Position numbers and translations under genes: made by a program. A DNA stretch of 64,000 nt. Source: Bacteroidales bacterium (lineage in GTDB: Bacteria > Bacteroidota > Bacteroidia > Bacteroidales > P3). The notes beneath the pieces were generated by a model. That model made no database searches, was not told the DNA's origin, and saw only the letters and a list, made by a program, of their open reading frames with translations. The stretch covers positions 58,138 to 122,137 of the forward strand of contig JAVBLV010000001.1 in NCBI GenBank assembly GCA_031553195.1. The letters are read 5' to 3'. Positions 21,074 through 30,466 of the stretch are shown here, in pieces (the first letter of the stretch is position 1; each line of letters starts with the position of its first letter).

Positions 21074-21229
21074 CATGCCCTGATAGCGGGAAGTGTCCAG
21101 CCAAAGACAAGGGTGTCTGTTGCGAAGCTCATGACATTATCTGTTGATGGCGTTATTGGGTTGGATGTGTTGTCGCAATACAAAGAAACCATTATTGATT
21201 TTACGAATATGCGCATGGATATCAGGTAA
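21074..21229 (+). pseudogene. C-terminal remnant (~50 codons) of a retropepsin-like aspartic protease gene
   Basis: Frame reads HALIAGSVQPKTRVSVAKLMTLSVDGVIGLDVLSQYKETIIDFTNMRMDIR*. The DG[IV][IL]G[LM]D[FV]L...IDF tail is typical of clan AA bacterial proteases. There is no N-terminal part because the dapA terminator abuts it. The region looks GC-richer than its flanks by eye. Confidence 0.4.
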
Positions 21230-21263
21230 TTGAAAAACGTAAATAAAGGTTCTTCCGCTTATA

Positions 21264-21293
21264 ACAAAAGAGGCCGTCTTTCCGGACGACCTC
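21264..21293 (-). terminator. Terminator after the 186-aa OMP gene
   Basis: Stem GAGGCCGTC / GACGACCTC (one G.U pair). On the minus strand it is followed by TTTTGTT. Confidence 0.55.
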
Positions 21294-21352
21294 TCCTCAA
21301 ATCAAATAGCAAATTAACATTTCCTGTCTCTATAATGGTTTTGAGATTTTAT

Positions 21353-21913
21353 CTAGGGTTTTCTACACGGTAAGTAGATCTGGAATCCGATGCCTAAGGT
21401 AAGATCCCCAGTATAGGTCTCATTTCCAAAGCCTACCCTGCCATTATATTTTAACAGCGCTTCCAGTCCGATATTCTCAGTAATAAAATAGGCAAAGCCA
21501 GGACCAAATCCGAATCCAAATCCATTTGTCGACGATCCATTGGCCGGATTGGTACCTTCAATGCCGGCATTTGCCTCGAAGAAGAAATTGGAATGTTTAG
21601 CGACCTCTATATTTTTGTCGTTGACATAATATCGTCCGAGAGGGCCTATTCCATAAGAAATACCTGTTCCTACGTCGGATATATGGTCAGCGCTGAAAAG
21701 AGTATAAGCGCCTATGGCTAAATTGTCTTTAATAAAGAAGGCTGCTTTTGGATTTAATGTGAAAGTAATTTCGCTCCCGGAATTTAATCCGATATTCAGA
21801 TTAGCAACATCGCCCCCCACCATTATATTTCCTTTACGGGTTTGCGCATTTACTTGATTTATGCCTATGCTCAAGGCAAATAGAATTGTTAAAGTTAGAG
21901 CTGTTTTTTTCAT
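21353..21913 (-). CDS. Small outer-membrane beta-barrel protein (OmpW/OmpA-barrel-like)
   Basis: 186 aa. Signal peptide ending in NAQ. Alternating beta-strand pattern with GFGFGFGPGFAYF. Confidence 0.55.
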   Translation of the reverse strand: MKKTALTLTILFALSIGINQVNAQTRKGNIMVGGDVANLNIGLNSGSEITFTLNPKAAFFIKDNLAIGAYTLFSADHISDVGTGISYGIGPLGRYYVNDKNIEVAKHSNFFFEANAGIEGTNPANGSSTNGFGFGFGPGFAYFITENIGLEALLKYNGRVGFGNETYTGDLTLGIGFQIYLPCRKP

Positions 21914-22548
21914 AGAAATTTATTTAAATTGTTAAAATTGAGATTTCTGACAAATGATATATGTTTTGTTTATTATTCTAAAATATAAATTTCAAACAAT
22001 AAACAACTGTAATTCGTTTTTGTTCAGAATTTATATTTATCCCATTTACTATAAATAGTCTATGTTTGATGTTAAAAGCAGATCTTGTAAGTCTTGAGAA
22101 TCTATGCTATGGGATTTAGCAGATCGGATTATTTTTGTATACAATCATTACAAATTTTCCAGAGGGTAGATTCTGGATATTGGAAATAACATTGCATGAA
22201 CTCGGTAATAAAAACAGAATAGGCGTATTTTATCTTATCACTCTTGTCAAAACCATTAATGGATTCCTTTCGCCTCACTCGTTTTACTCAGTCGGAATGA
22301 CAAAACGTTGTTTGTTTAGTTTTGGTTTAAAAACGCTCGCTTAAAGTTCTCAAAGATCGAAAAGCAAAACGCAAAGTTTTTTTTGACGCATCTTTTGAGT
22401 ATACATCCATCATTAAAGCATGGCATTGATTATTTGCAAATAAACCCGACCCCATGTTAGCCTGCCATTCGGAAAACGGTTGCATTTAGATATTAAGGCC
22501 CTTTTACGTTAAATAAAAAGCGAAGAATACATTCAAATCGCAGATGAA

Positions 22549-23541
22549 TTACTTATAAAAGTTTTTCTCAAACGCAGAAAACTCCCCTTTCTTTAGGATA
22601 AGACGATTCCAAACGGCTGAGAGAAATCCGAAACCATAAGCCGTTAGTTGAATTAATGATGCAATAATAGATAGAAATCCAATTTTAAGGCTTTGATTTT
22701 TCAGGGTTGAATCTATTAAAATAAGAATACAATAAAATACGATTGGAAGCAAAGACCATCTACAAAAGATGAAGCCCAGTAATAAGAAAAAGACAAAAAT
22801 AGTGAATGCAGCCGGAAGCAGATGCACTATTTTTAACGATTCGGGATATTTCAAATACAAATTTATACGAGCAATTCCCGAATTATATACTTGTCTGAAA
22901 AACTTTTTCCAGTCAGTGCGTCTTTTATGATATACCCATGCCGTAGGGAAAAGCGATACCTTGTAACCTGCATTGTACAAACGAATACTGAAATCAATAT
23001 CTTCTCCAAACCTCATTTTAGAGAATCCTCCCAAAGCCTCGTACACGTTTTTCCTGATTCCCATATTAAAACTCCGGGGATAGAATTTATCTATTTTTTT
23101 CTTGCCCCCGCGTATGCCGCCGGTAGTAAAAAAAGAAGTCATGGAGTAGTTGATTGCCTTTTGAATATCGGTGAAATTATCCGCCGCTTTATCGGGGCCG
23201 CCAAAAGCATCTGCATTGGTTTTATCTAATTCGGAAATCACAGATTCCATATACTGAGGAGGAAGGATGCAATCCGAATCCAATACAATAATATATTCCC
23301 CCGCGCTTTTCGAAACGCCATAATTGCGCGCCTGTCCGGGGCCTCCGTTGGGAATAAAATAATAAGAAATGTTCAGCGTTTCTTTAAATTTTTCGATTAT
23401 CCATTCGCAGGGAACCTGAGACCCATCTTCTACAATAACAACCTCAAAATCTTTACTTCCCTGTTTAGTAAGACTATTTAATAACTCATCTACTTCATCC
23501 GGACGATTATAAACCGGAACAACAATTGAAAAATAAGGCAT
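22549..23541 (-). CDS. Family 2 glycosyltransferase with C-terminal TM helices
   Basis: 330 aa. SIVVPVYNR start, VLDSDC (DxD-like). Confidence 0.8.
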   Translation of the reverse strand: MPYFSIVVPVYNRPDEVDELLNSLTKQGSKDFEVVIVEDGSQVPCEWIIEKFKETLNISYYFIPNGGPGQARNYGVSKSAGEYIIVLDSDCILPPQYMESVISELDKTNADAFGGPDKAADNFTDIQKAINYSMTSFFTTGGIRGGKKKIDKFYPRSFNMGIRKNVYEALGGFSKMRFGEDIDFSIRLYNAGYKVSLFPTAWVYHKRRTDWKKFFRQVYNSGIARINLYLKYPESLKIVHLLPAAFTIFVFFLLLGFIFCRWSLLPIVFYCILILIDSTLKNQSLKIGFLSIIASLIQLTAYGFGFLSAVWNRLILKKGEFSAFEKNFYK

Positions 23542-23680
23542 TTCTTTTTCTTATTGGATAAGGATAATTTTCTGATCTGACATTTATAGAATGAACGGAT
23601 TTATTCACAAAAAATTAAAAATGAAGATATTATGGATTTTATGATTCCCAAAAGTAAGGTCTTATAGAAGCGTTTTTAAA

Positions 23681-24412
23681 TTATTTCTTCGTTTGACTTC
23701 CTTTAACCTCTTCGTACTCTTTATTTAAACCCTCTAAAATTTCTTTTGTCAAGTCCAGATTTTCGTCAATGTATAATACAGGACTTTCGATAAATGACTT
23801 TTTCAAAATAACTGTAAATTTACCGTTTTTCTCATTATAATTTTTGATGAAAGCATAAATGGCATTTACTAATTTTGTGTTTTCGGTTAGTTGTTTTTGT
23901 TGTATTTGCATCATCATCGATTCCTGCATTTTACCCAAATCTTGCTGGCGTTGCTTAAAAGATTCCTCTTTCTTTTTTTGTTCGGATAAAGTAAGCGAAG
24001 CCCCCGTCTTTAAATAGTTTTCATAATCGTTCTGAACCGAGCGGACTTGGGATTCAAAGTTTTTTTCAAGATTTGTTTTTAAAGCCTGTAATTCCTTTTC
24101 CAAGTCTTTTGCATATTGGTAATTAGCTATGAGAGTATCCGAATTAATATACGCAATAGTAATGGCTTCGTTTCCGGGAGTTGCCTTTGTTTGAACGGAT
24201 TGTTTGGTTATCGATTCTGTTTCTTTTGCTTTTTTATTATTTGTGAAAAATGATGCATATAGTATAGCTAAGCCTATTAAAAGAATCACATTGAGAATCA
24301 ATAAGCCTGTATAAATTGGATTCTTCGTTTTCTGACCGGGATTCGGATTCAAAGGATTATTATTATTTTCGAGGTTTGAATTTTCGACATTGTTTAAATT
24401 TTCTTCTGTCAT
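23681..24412 (-). CDS. Membrane-anchored OmpH-like coiled-coil protein
   Basis: 243 aa. N/P-rich N-terminus, one TM helix, then an OmpH-like segment (IAYINSDTLIANYQYAKDLEKEL). Occupies the position usually held by ftsZ. Confidence 0.5.
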   Translation of the reverse strand: MTEENLNNVENSNLENNNNPLNPNPGQKTKNPIYTGLLILNVILLIGLAILYASFFTNNKKAKETESITKQSVQTKATPGNEAITIAYINSDTLIANYQYAKDLEKELQALKTNLEKNFESQVRSVQNDYENYLKTGASLTLSEQKKKEESFKQRQQDLGKMQESMMMQIQQKQLTENTKLVNAIYAFIKNYNEKNGKFTVILKKSFIESPVLYIDENLDLTKEILEGLNKEYEEVKGSQTKK

Positions 24413-24487
24413 AGCTAATTATATTTTGTTTTATTTATTCCGGAATATTTGAAATTTTGCGTTCCATTTGGACTTGATAGTAGGATT

Positions 24488-25822
24488 CTACTTAATATCG
24501 TCGTTAAATAATTTTCCTATCCAATCCTGGAAAAAGCTATCGGTTTTAGAACCAAAAACTTTTTCTTTTTGTTTCTTTTGTTTAGTTGTTTCTTTCTTTG
24601 TTTCTACAGGATCTACTTGTGGAACTTGTTCTTCTTCCTCCAAAGGAATCTCCGTCTTTGAGTTTTTATTTTCAGATTCGCGGATTCCATGAATTACCAA
24701 TCCTATTCCTGTTGCATGCATCGGATGATTCAACTCGCTCGGAATTTCGCCTTCCAGATGTTCATTCGGAACGCCTATACGCGTGTCGATACCTGTTATA
24801 AATTCCGTCAATTGAACGGCATGTTTCAACATGGCTCCTCCGCCGGTGAGCACGATTCCTCCAATGAGTTTGCGCTCATATCCCGAAATTTTTATTTCAC
24901 GATATACTTGCTCCAAAATCATGTGCATACGCGCTTCGATAATACCGGCCAAAGTCTTCATCGATATCTCTCGCGGCGCTTTATTCCGTATTCCGGGAAT
25001 GGCTATCACATCATCTTCTTTATTAGCGCTGGCTAAACAAGACCCGAATTTTATTTTCAACGCTTCGGCCTGGTTTCGCATTATACAACAACCCTCCTTG
25101 ATATCGTCGGTAATTACATTCCCACCCATTGTGATAACAGCCGTATGCCGGATGATTCCTTCATGAAATATAGCAATGTCGGTAGTTCCGCCACCGATAT
25201 CAACAAGCGCTACGCCGGCGTCCTTGTCCCGGTTGTCTAAAACCGCTTCGGCAGAAGCAATAGGTTCCAAAACAAGCCCTTTTACCTCTAATCCGGCAGA
25301 TCTTACGCTTCGGCTGATATTCTTTATATTTGCCGCATGTCCTGTTATGATATGGAAATTACCTTCTAAACATGCGCCCGCTACTCCCACAGGCGTAGTG
25401 TTGATAATTTCTCCATCCACTATAAAGTCTTGAGGCAAAACATGTATAATCTCTTCTCCCGGCTGCAACATCAAACGGTATTGGTCTTCAATCAAACGAT
25501 TGACATCTGATTCGGTAATGATTTCATCTTTATGGTTTACCATAATATTACCCCGGTTCTGCATACTTTTAATATGTTGCCCCGCTATTCCCACATATAC
25601 TTCCCCAACTTCTACATTTGCCTGTAACGAAGCTTCCTGAACCGCTTTCTTTATAGACTGGGCAGTAAGTTCTATATTTACGACGACTCCTCTGTTTACG
25701 CCTACGGATTCGGTTTTCCCGCTTCCCAATATATTCACTCTTCCGTTCTCTGCCCTATGTCCGATGAAACAAGCTATTTTGGTAGTGCCAATATCCAACC
25801 CTACAATAATTTCATTATCCAT
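24488..25822 (-). CDS. ftsA: Cell division protein FtsA
   Basis: 444 aa. GLDIGTTKI and VDIGGGTTDIAIF actin-fold motifs. Basic linker and amphipathic C-terminal helix (FFQDWIGKLF). Confidence 0.9.
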   Translation of the reverse strand: MDNEIIVGLDIGTTKIACFIGHRAENGRVNILGSGKTESVGVNRGVVVNIELTAQSIKKAVQEASLQANVEVGEVYVGIAGQHIKSMQNRGNIMVNHKDEIITESDVNRLIEDQYRLMLQPGEEIIHVLPQDFIVDGEIINTTPVGVAGACLEGNFHIITGHAANIKNISRSVRSAGLEVKGLVLEPIASAEAVLDNRDKDAGVALVDIGGGTTDIAIFHEGIIRHTAVITMGGNVITDDIKEGCCIMRNQAEALKIKFGSCLASANKEDDVIAIPGIRNKAPREISMKTLAGIIEARMHMILEQVYREIKISGYERKLIGGIVLTGGGAMLKHAVQLTEFITGIDTRIGVPNEHLEGEIPSELNHPMHATGIGLVIHGIRESENKNSKTEIPLEEEEQVPQVDPVETKKETTKQKKQKEKVFGSKTDSFFQDWIGKLFNDDIK

Positions 25823-25832
25823 AGTCTTTCCA

Positions 25833-26627
25833 TTATTTTTTTGTACATACTACTTGATTCTTATATTTAAGATTGATGGCGCTGTATAAGCTCCATCCGA
25901 TATTAGAAAATCCTTGTTTATATAACGCCACAAGTTTTTCAAATTTTTCGTCGAGGTCGTTCACATCGCCCAAAAGAATGATATGATCTCCAACTTTAGG
26001 AACCAATTCAAATTCATCATTCTGATTTACGTATATTTGATCTATCTGAGCCTTTAACAACGGATCTTTATCAATGTATTTAGCTAAATCATATATTTTT
26101 ATTAGCTCCGATTTGTTCCATGTACTATCTCTTCTTAACAACTCGATAGAAATAGATTCCGATTGTCCTTTAGGAGCCATCTTAATATTCCCGCTCGCAA
26201 TAGTCACATGAGACGGATTAACTTTGCTAACAGGAAAAGAAATACCCATCTGGTCTATATAAAATTCTTTATTCGACAGGGTTTTTACTCTTACTATCGG
26301 TTTGCGTTGTTTCACCTTTATTCCTAAATAACCTTGAAGATTTATATAGGCATTAACGTCTTCTACAAACGGATTTTGTTTAAGCAGGGCTTCCAATTTC
26401 CGGATATTTACTTGGGCTATTTCCTTTCCTAGCAAGTTACCTTCGCCGGCAATTAAAATTTGGCCTAATTCCGATGAACTTATTAATGTATCTGCTCCCT
26501 GATAATTTATGGATATAGTTACTTCCCTGATTTGCGTCTTTTTATGAATTGCATTGGTAATAATAATGATAGCGACAACTATAATTATTATTCCTACTTT
26601 CCAGGTTATAGACCAAAACTTCTTCAT
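25833..26627 (-). CDS. ftsQ: Cell division protein FtsQ
   Basis: 264 aa. Single N-terminal TM helix, POTRA-like region. Sits 10 nt upstream of ftsA. Confidence 0.6.
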   Translation of the reverse strand: MKKFWSITWKVGIIIIVVAIIIITNAIHKKTQIREVTISINYQGADTLISSSELGQILIAGEGNLLGKEIAQVNIRKLEALLKQNPFVEDVNAYINLQGYLGIKVKQRKPIVRVKTLSNKEFYIDQMGISFPVSKVNPSHVTIASGNIKMAPKGQSESISIELLRRDSTWNKSELIKIYDLAKYIDKDPLLKAQIDQIYVNQNDEFELVPKVGDHIILLGDVNDLDEKFEKLVALYKQGFSNIGWSLYSAINLKYKNQVVCTKK

Positions 26628-26743
26628 CCGAATTCCTTTAAATTCTTTTATTTAAATAGTAAATAATGATTTCAAGAACAGATAATTTCAACATCGCTTT
26701 CGAACAAAAAAAACCATAAGATAAATAATAAGTTCATTTATGA

Positions 26744-26903
26744 GTAATCGTTTAAATTTTTATGGAAAAGATTTTGAGGAATAAAAACGGCTATTTTGCA
26801 GACGGGATTTTTCAAGAATAGTAGCGCTATTTGGTAAAAATTCCGGCAAAAAAGAGCGTTTTTAGATTCAAAATGCTTCATAGAAAAATTTTTAAACGGT
26901 TAC
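26744..26903 (-). repeat. Copy 2 of the palindromic intergenic repeat (opposite orientation to copy 1)
   Basis: GTAATCGTTTAAATTTT ... GGGATTTTTCAAGAATAGTAGCGCTATTTGG ... AAAATTTTTAAACGGTTAC. TGA lies on both flanks. Confidence 0.85.
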
Positions 26904-27312
26904 TGAGTATCTAAAACTTCATCTAAACAACTTTAACAATCAAAATACGCTTATCTTCAATACGTTATTCAATCAGACGATATATCAAATTGTTTCTTGT
27001 CATTTGTAATCATTCTGTAATGAACTTTACTATGAAATTTGTTCAGGAATCATTATATATGACAAAGTTACGGTTAAAACAAGTATTTTACAAGCAATGA
27101 ACAAATTTCGTTTAATTTCTTTTCAAAATCCGAGAAATAAAAATAACTACTTGACAATATTCCGTGAAGAATAATATTTTCAAATCCAGATAATTTAAAG
27201 TAAATTACAAATTGCAATGCAAATTTACAACCTTTTCAGCAGAGAAATGAAAATGGCAAAAAAAGATAATGAAAAAAATCCGGTTCATGCAGTATAAAGA
27301 CGGATTGTAAAT

Positions 27313-27354
27313 AAAAAAGGTTATTGAAACTAAACTAGCTCAATAACCTTTTTG
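27313..27354 (-). terminator. Terminator after the Y-rich-protein / barrel gene pair (structure is bidirectional)
   Basis: Stem AAGGTTATTGA / TCAATAACCTT flanked by A-runs and T-runs, ~45 nt after the stop of the 494-aa gene. Confidence 0.6.
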
Positions 27355-27395
27355 TTTTTGAATAAGTCTTTGCAGAGATGGCTTATACCAATCAA

Positions 27396-28880
27396 TTAGA
27401 ACCTAAAACCAAATGTTGTAATAATTAAATTTTCGCTTTTATTGACCTTTACAGGTTCTATCTGATAATAAGGATCGTACATGTAATAATTTACTTTTTG
27501 CAAAGTATGAGCATAGGCCAAATCAATATACCAAAATCTGGATTTATAGCCAAGTCCTGCAGAGAAAGCATTCTTATTTCCTGCATTAGTCCCTGATTTC
27601 GCATAGGTTGTATTCTGATAAGGACTTCCAAATAAAGCATAACCTGCGCGAAATACTGCTTTTTTATAATTTAAAGATCCCCCGGCTCTAAATACATGAC
27701 CGGATTTGTACACATTTTCTATTATATCATTAACCGTGTTTTCCCATCTGTTATCATCTAACTGATAAGTCATGAAGGAATAATTGGTATATTCATAATC
27801 AACGCCTATAGAACCGGCTAAGGTAGAATTTTGATCGCCAAACGTTGCGCCGACGCTTCCCAATACTTTAAAGGGAGTTATCAAATAATATTCCGAAACT
27901 ACAACAGGAGAATAAGCGTCTATCCCTTCATAATAATCGGCTAAAGAAGAACTGTACGAATCATCATACATCGAATAAAAAGTAGGGGTATGGAAAGCCG
28001 CTCCAATACGCAACCACTCCGTCGGACGTAAAATGGCTCCGATTTTTAAATTAACCCCCCAACCTTTGGTATACAAATCCTCAAAATAGTCGAAACTAGG
28101 ATTCCCGTCGGACAAATACTCAGAATATACGGAATGTCTTTCATAAGAAAGATAGGGAATTCCCAATGTTGCGCCCAAGTATAAAAAATCGTTATAATTT
28201 CCGCTGATGGATAGCGCAAATTCATCAATTCCTCCTTTTTCAGAGAAATCTTGACTTTGCTCGCTAGGCCCTTGGGCTCTAGAAAAATAACGTTTTCCTC
28301 CCGTGCCGGGGAGCGTATCCATAAGATACGTATAAAATGCAAGTCCCGCCGTAAAAGGATCTAAATTCGAAGGCGTTAGACCATTTGAGTTATAAACCCA
28401 TTCATCGGTAATAGAGTAATCGGGGTTACGTCCGTAAATACTTGTCGCATTATTAAATGCGGCTAAACGGTTATAGCTAAATCCTACTTGAAATGCTTTC
28501 CAATCATTATTTGCTTTGGTAGGAACAGCTAACAGAAGACCCACGGGCGCCCAATAAAAACTAGACCTGAAATCACTGGCTTTTGATCCGAAATAATCAG
28601 AGGAGGAATAGCCTATATGAAGCGAGGGCGAGATAAGAAATTCAGACCGGTAAAAAAGGCCCAAGCCTGCGGGATTATAGCTTGAGGCCGTTAAATCGCC
28701 GCCAAGCGCGCCGATAGCGCCTGCTCTTCCTACATAAGAAGCCGTTCCGAAGAGGCCATATTGACTACTACGCAATGCATCTTCTTCAGTTTGAGATTTT
28801 ACTTGCCCAATACTTAGACAAAGAAATGTAATGATGAAAAATCTTTTCATACAAATTGCCGATTTTAACTTTAAATACAT
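27396..28880 (-). CDS. FadL/PorV-like outer-membrane beta-barrel protein. The start is probably the Met at ~28850.
   Basis: 494 aa. Signal peptide MKRFFIITFLCLSIGQVKSQ. N-terminal GRAGAIGALGGDLTASSYNPAGLG motif as in FadL/PorV-type barrels. C-terminal ..TTFGFRF. Confidence 0.6.
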   Translation of the reverse strand: MYLKLKSAICMKRFFIITFLCLSIGQVKSQTEEDALRSSQYGLFGTASYVGRAGAIGALGGDLTASSYNPAGLGLFYRSEFLISPSLHIGYSSSDYFGSKASDFRSSFYWAPVGLLLAVPTKANNDWKAFQVGFSYNRLAAFNNATSIYGRNPDYSITDEWVYNSNGLTPSNLDPFTAGLAFYTYLMDTLPGTGGKRYFSRAQGPSEQSQDFSEKGGIDEFALSISGNYNDFLYLGATLGIPYLSYERHSVYSEYLSDGNPSFDYFEDLYTKGWGVNLKIGAILRPTEWLRIGAAFHTPTFYSMYDDSYSSSLADYYEGIDAYSPVVVSEYYLITPFKVLGSVGATFGDQNSTLAGSIGVDYEYTNYSFMTYQLDDNRWENTVNDIIENVYKSGHVFRAGGSLNYKKAVFRAGYALFGSPYQNTTYAKSGTNAGNKNAFSAGLGYKSRFWYIDLAYAHTLQKVNYYMYDPYYQIEPVKVNKSENLIITTFGFRF

Positions 28881-28892
28881 AAATCATCTAAA

Positions 28893-30425
28893 CTATCGTC
28901 TTCCTCCGGAACTTCTACCTCCTCCGCTACTGCTTCCTCCGGAAGAACTGCCTCCTCTTGGAGCGCTGCTGGGAGTGGCCGGCGAAGGCGACCGGGAAGG
29001 AGAAACAGATGGCGTACTACTAGGCGCAGATGTTCTTGTCGGGGTATTATACCGGGGATTGTTATTTTCCGTCTGGCGATTGTTATCCGAGCGGGATGGC
29101 GTATTTGTTGCCGGCGAAGTATATCTGTTTTGCTCTCTACTTGGCGTCGAATAGCTTCCCCTCTCCCTATTCATACTCGAACCCGAAGAATTGGTTGTAG
29201 GAATTGTTGTCCGTTCAGTTGCACGGGTTTGTTCCGAAGCAGGTTTTCTATATACTTCGCGAGAAGAAGAGGGTGAGGGAGTATTATTATAAGTTCTATC
29301 GCCTGCGCCTCTGTCTCTGTTCATTGTCGCCGCATTAGGATTTATATCTACCCCGCCCCTCCGTTGAAACGAAGGGCTATTAGAAGCCGGTTTATCATAA
29401 GTTCTTCCATTATTTACAGCTTCATTTCTGATTTGATTTGTATTTCTGTCGATCGAATTTGAATTGGCCGCTCTATTATAATCATTTCTCCCTGTAGGAG
29501 TCGTGACTCTCGAGTTATTCGTATTGCCGGCTCTCGCTTCATAACGCTCGCCGAAAGTCCTGCTATCCCTTGTAAGCGAGGAGGAAGCGTTTCTCGATGA
29601 AGGCGATCTCATGTATTCATTCGACCTGGTCGCATTGGAAGCCATACTGCTTCTAGCTCCTAAATTTCCGCCAGAACGAGATTCCGTTGCCGCGCCTCTG
29701 CTTCCGGCCGTCCGGGAACCATAGTAAACAGGTCTTCCATAATAGCAGGAATTCCAGTCATAGCTGTTATAGTAGCAGTTGGCGGCATAATAACCATTCC
29801 AATATCCATAGTTATATCCTGCCCAATAGGCTCCTCCCCCATACCACGGATAACCATAATATCCCCAACCCCAGCCCCAACCGGCATAATAGTAAGGGGA
29901 ATAATAATACCATGAGGGATACCACCAACTATAACCCAAATATATGCTTACGCCCCAATAATTAGGGTCGTAGGTATACCAATATGCATTGGTATAATAA
30001 TCATTATAATAACTCCATCCGCAGTTAGTACCGTAAAATCGTTTCAAACGCGCGGCATAAGCATAGTCATAATAATCATCTTCGCTATAATTTGTATAGC
30101 TGCCATAATAATTATTTGTGACATAGGTATTTCCGTCATCGTCGGTTCGGAGGCTGGATTTCGCCGCCCCATCAGGTTCCGAACGTTCAATCGTTTCCCT
30201 GCTCTCGGTAGATTGTAGGTGGACGGAACTATCTACATATCTCTTGGGTTCTTGATAAGAAGATTTCTTCTCTTTCGAGGGAGAATAAAGCACGTCGTCA
30301 TAATTTTCTCGTTGAGCAAATAGGAATATGCTGTTTATCAACAAAAAACAAACCATTAGCAGAGACCTGTAGTATGCGTGTTTTAAGTTTAAAGTTTTCA
30401 TATAACCTCCTACGTTTCTATTCAT
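28893..30425 (-). CDS. Secreted low-complexity protein: signal peptide, Tyr/Trp/Gly/Asn-rich block, then long Ser/Arg/Asn/Thr/Pro-rich tail ending in GGSSSGGSSSGGGRSSGGRR
   Basis: 510-aa ORF. Hydrophobic signal LLMVCFLLINSIFLFAQ. Residues ~104-237 contain about 43 Tyr and 13 Trp by my hand count (for example GWGWGWGYYGYPWYGGGAYWAGYNYGYW). No family I can name with confidence. It resembles YXWGXW-type repeats. Confidence 0.6.
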   Translation of the reverse strand: MNRNVGGYMKTLNLKHAYYRSLLMVCFLLINSIFLFAQRENYDDVLYSPSKEKKSSYQEPKRYVDSSVHLQSTESRETIERSEPDGAAKSSLRTDDDGNTYVTNNYYGSYTNYSEDDYYDYAYAARLKRFYGTNCGWSYYNDYYTNAYWYTYDPNYWGVSIYLGYSWWYPSWYYYSPYYYAGWGWGWGYYGYPWYGGGAYWAGYNYGYWNGYYAANCYYNSYDWNSCYYGRPVYYGSRTAGSRGAATESRSGGNLGARSSMASNATRSNEYMRSPSSRNASSSLTRDSRTFGERYEARAGNTNNSRVTTPTGRNDYNRAANSNSIDRNTNQIRNEAVNNGRTYDKPASNSPSFQRRGGVDINPNAATMNRDRGAGDRTYNNTPSPSSSREVYRKPASEQTRATERTTIPTTNSSGSSMNRERGSYSTPSREQNRYTSPATNTPSRSDNNRQTENNNPRYNTPTRTSAPSSTPSVSPSRSPSPATPSSAPRGGSSSGGSSSGGGRSSGGRR

Positions 30426-30432
30426 TATTTCG

Positions 30433-30440
30433 TACCTTTG
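30433..30440 (+). promoter_or_regulatory. -7 box TACCTTTG for proS
   Basis: Matches TAnnTTTG, 56 nt before the ATG at 30496. Confidence 0.45.
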
Positions 30441-30458
30441 CAGTACATTTAGTTAGTG

Positions 30459-30466
30459 CAAATATA
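30459..30466 (-). promoter_or_regulatory. -7 box TATATTTG (plus-strand CAAATATA) for the Y-rich protein operon
   Basis: Matches TAnnTTTG on the minus strand, 34 nt upstream of the start at 30425. Confidence 0.4.

Noticed and set aside
21031-21147. Cys-rich reading frame (..NGCESLTCPDSGKCPAKDKGVCCEAHDIIC*) that might be a small secreted or RiPP-like peptide
   Set aside because: It has no in-frame start codon after the upstream TAG. It overlaps the better-supported protease-remnant frame and is probably a by-product of local GC-richness.
22135-22344. 69-aa ORF in the 630-bp spacer between the OMP gene and the GT2 gene
   Set aside because: It has a TTG start, no promoter box and no recognisable motif. 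I treat the spacer as non-coding, and I cannot explain its length.
24586-25433. Several 70-115-aa plus-strand ORFs inside ftsA, and similar ones inside dapA, the radical SAM gene, glmS, gadB and others
   Set aside because: These are antisense or off-frame shadows of long, well-supported CDS.
28831-29154. 107-aa plus-strand ORF (LPPELLPPPLLLPPEELPP...)
   Set aside because: It is an antisense shadow of the Gly/Ser/Pro/Arg-rich tail of the 510-aa minus-strand gene. It is low-complexity and has no independent signals.
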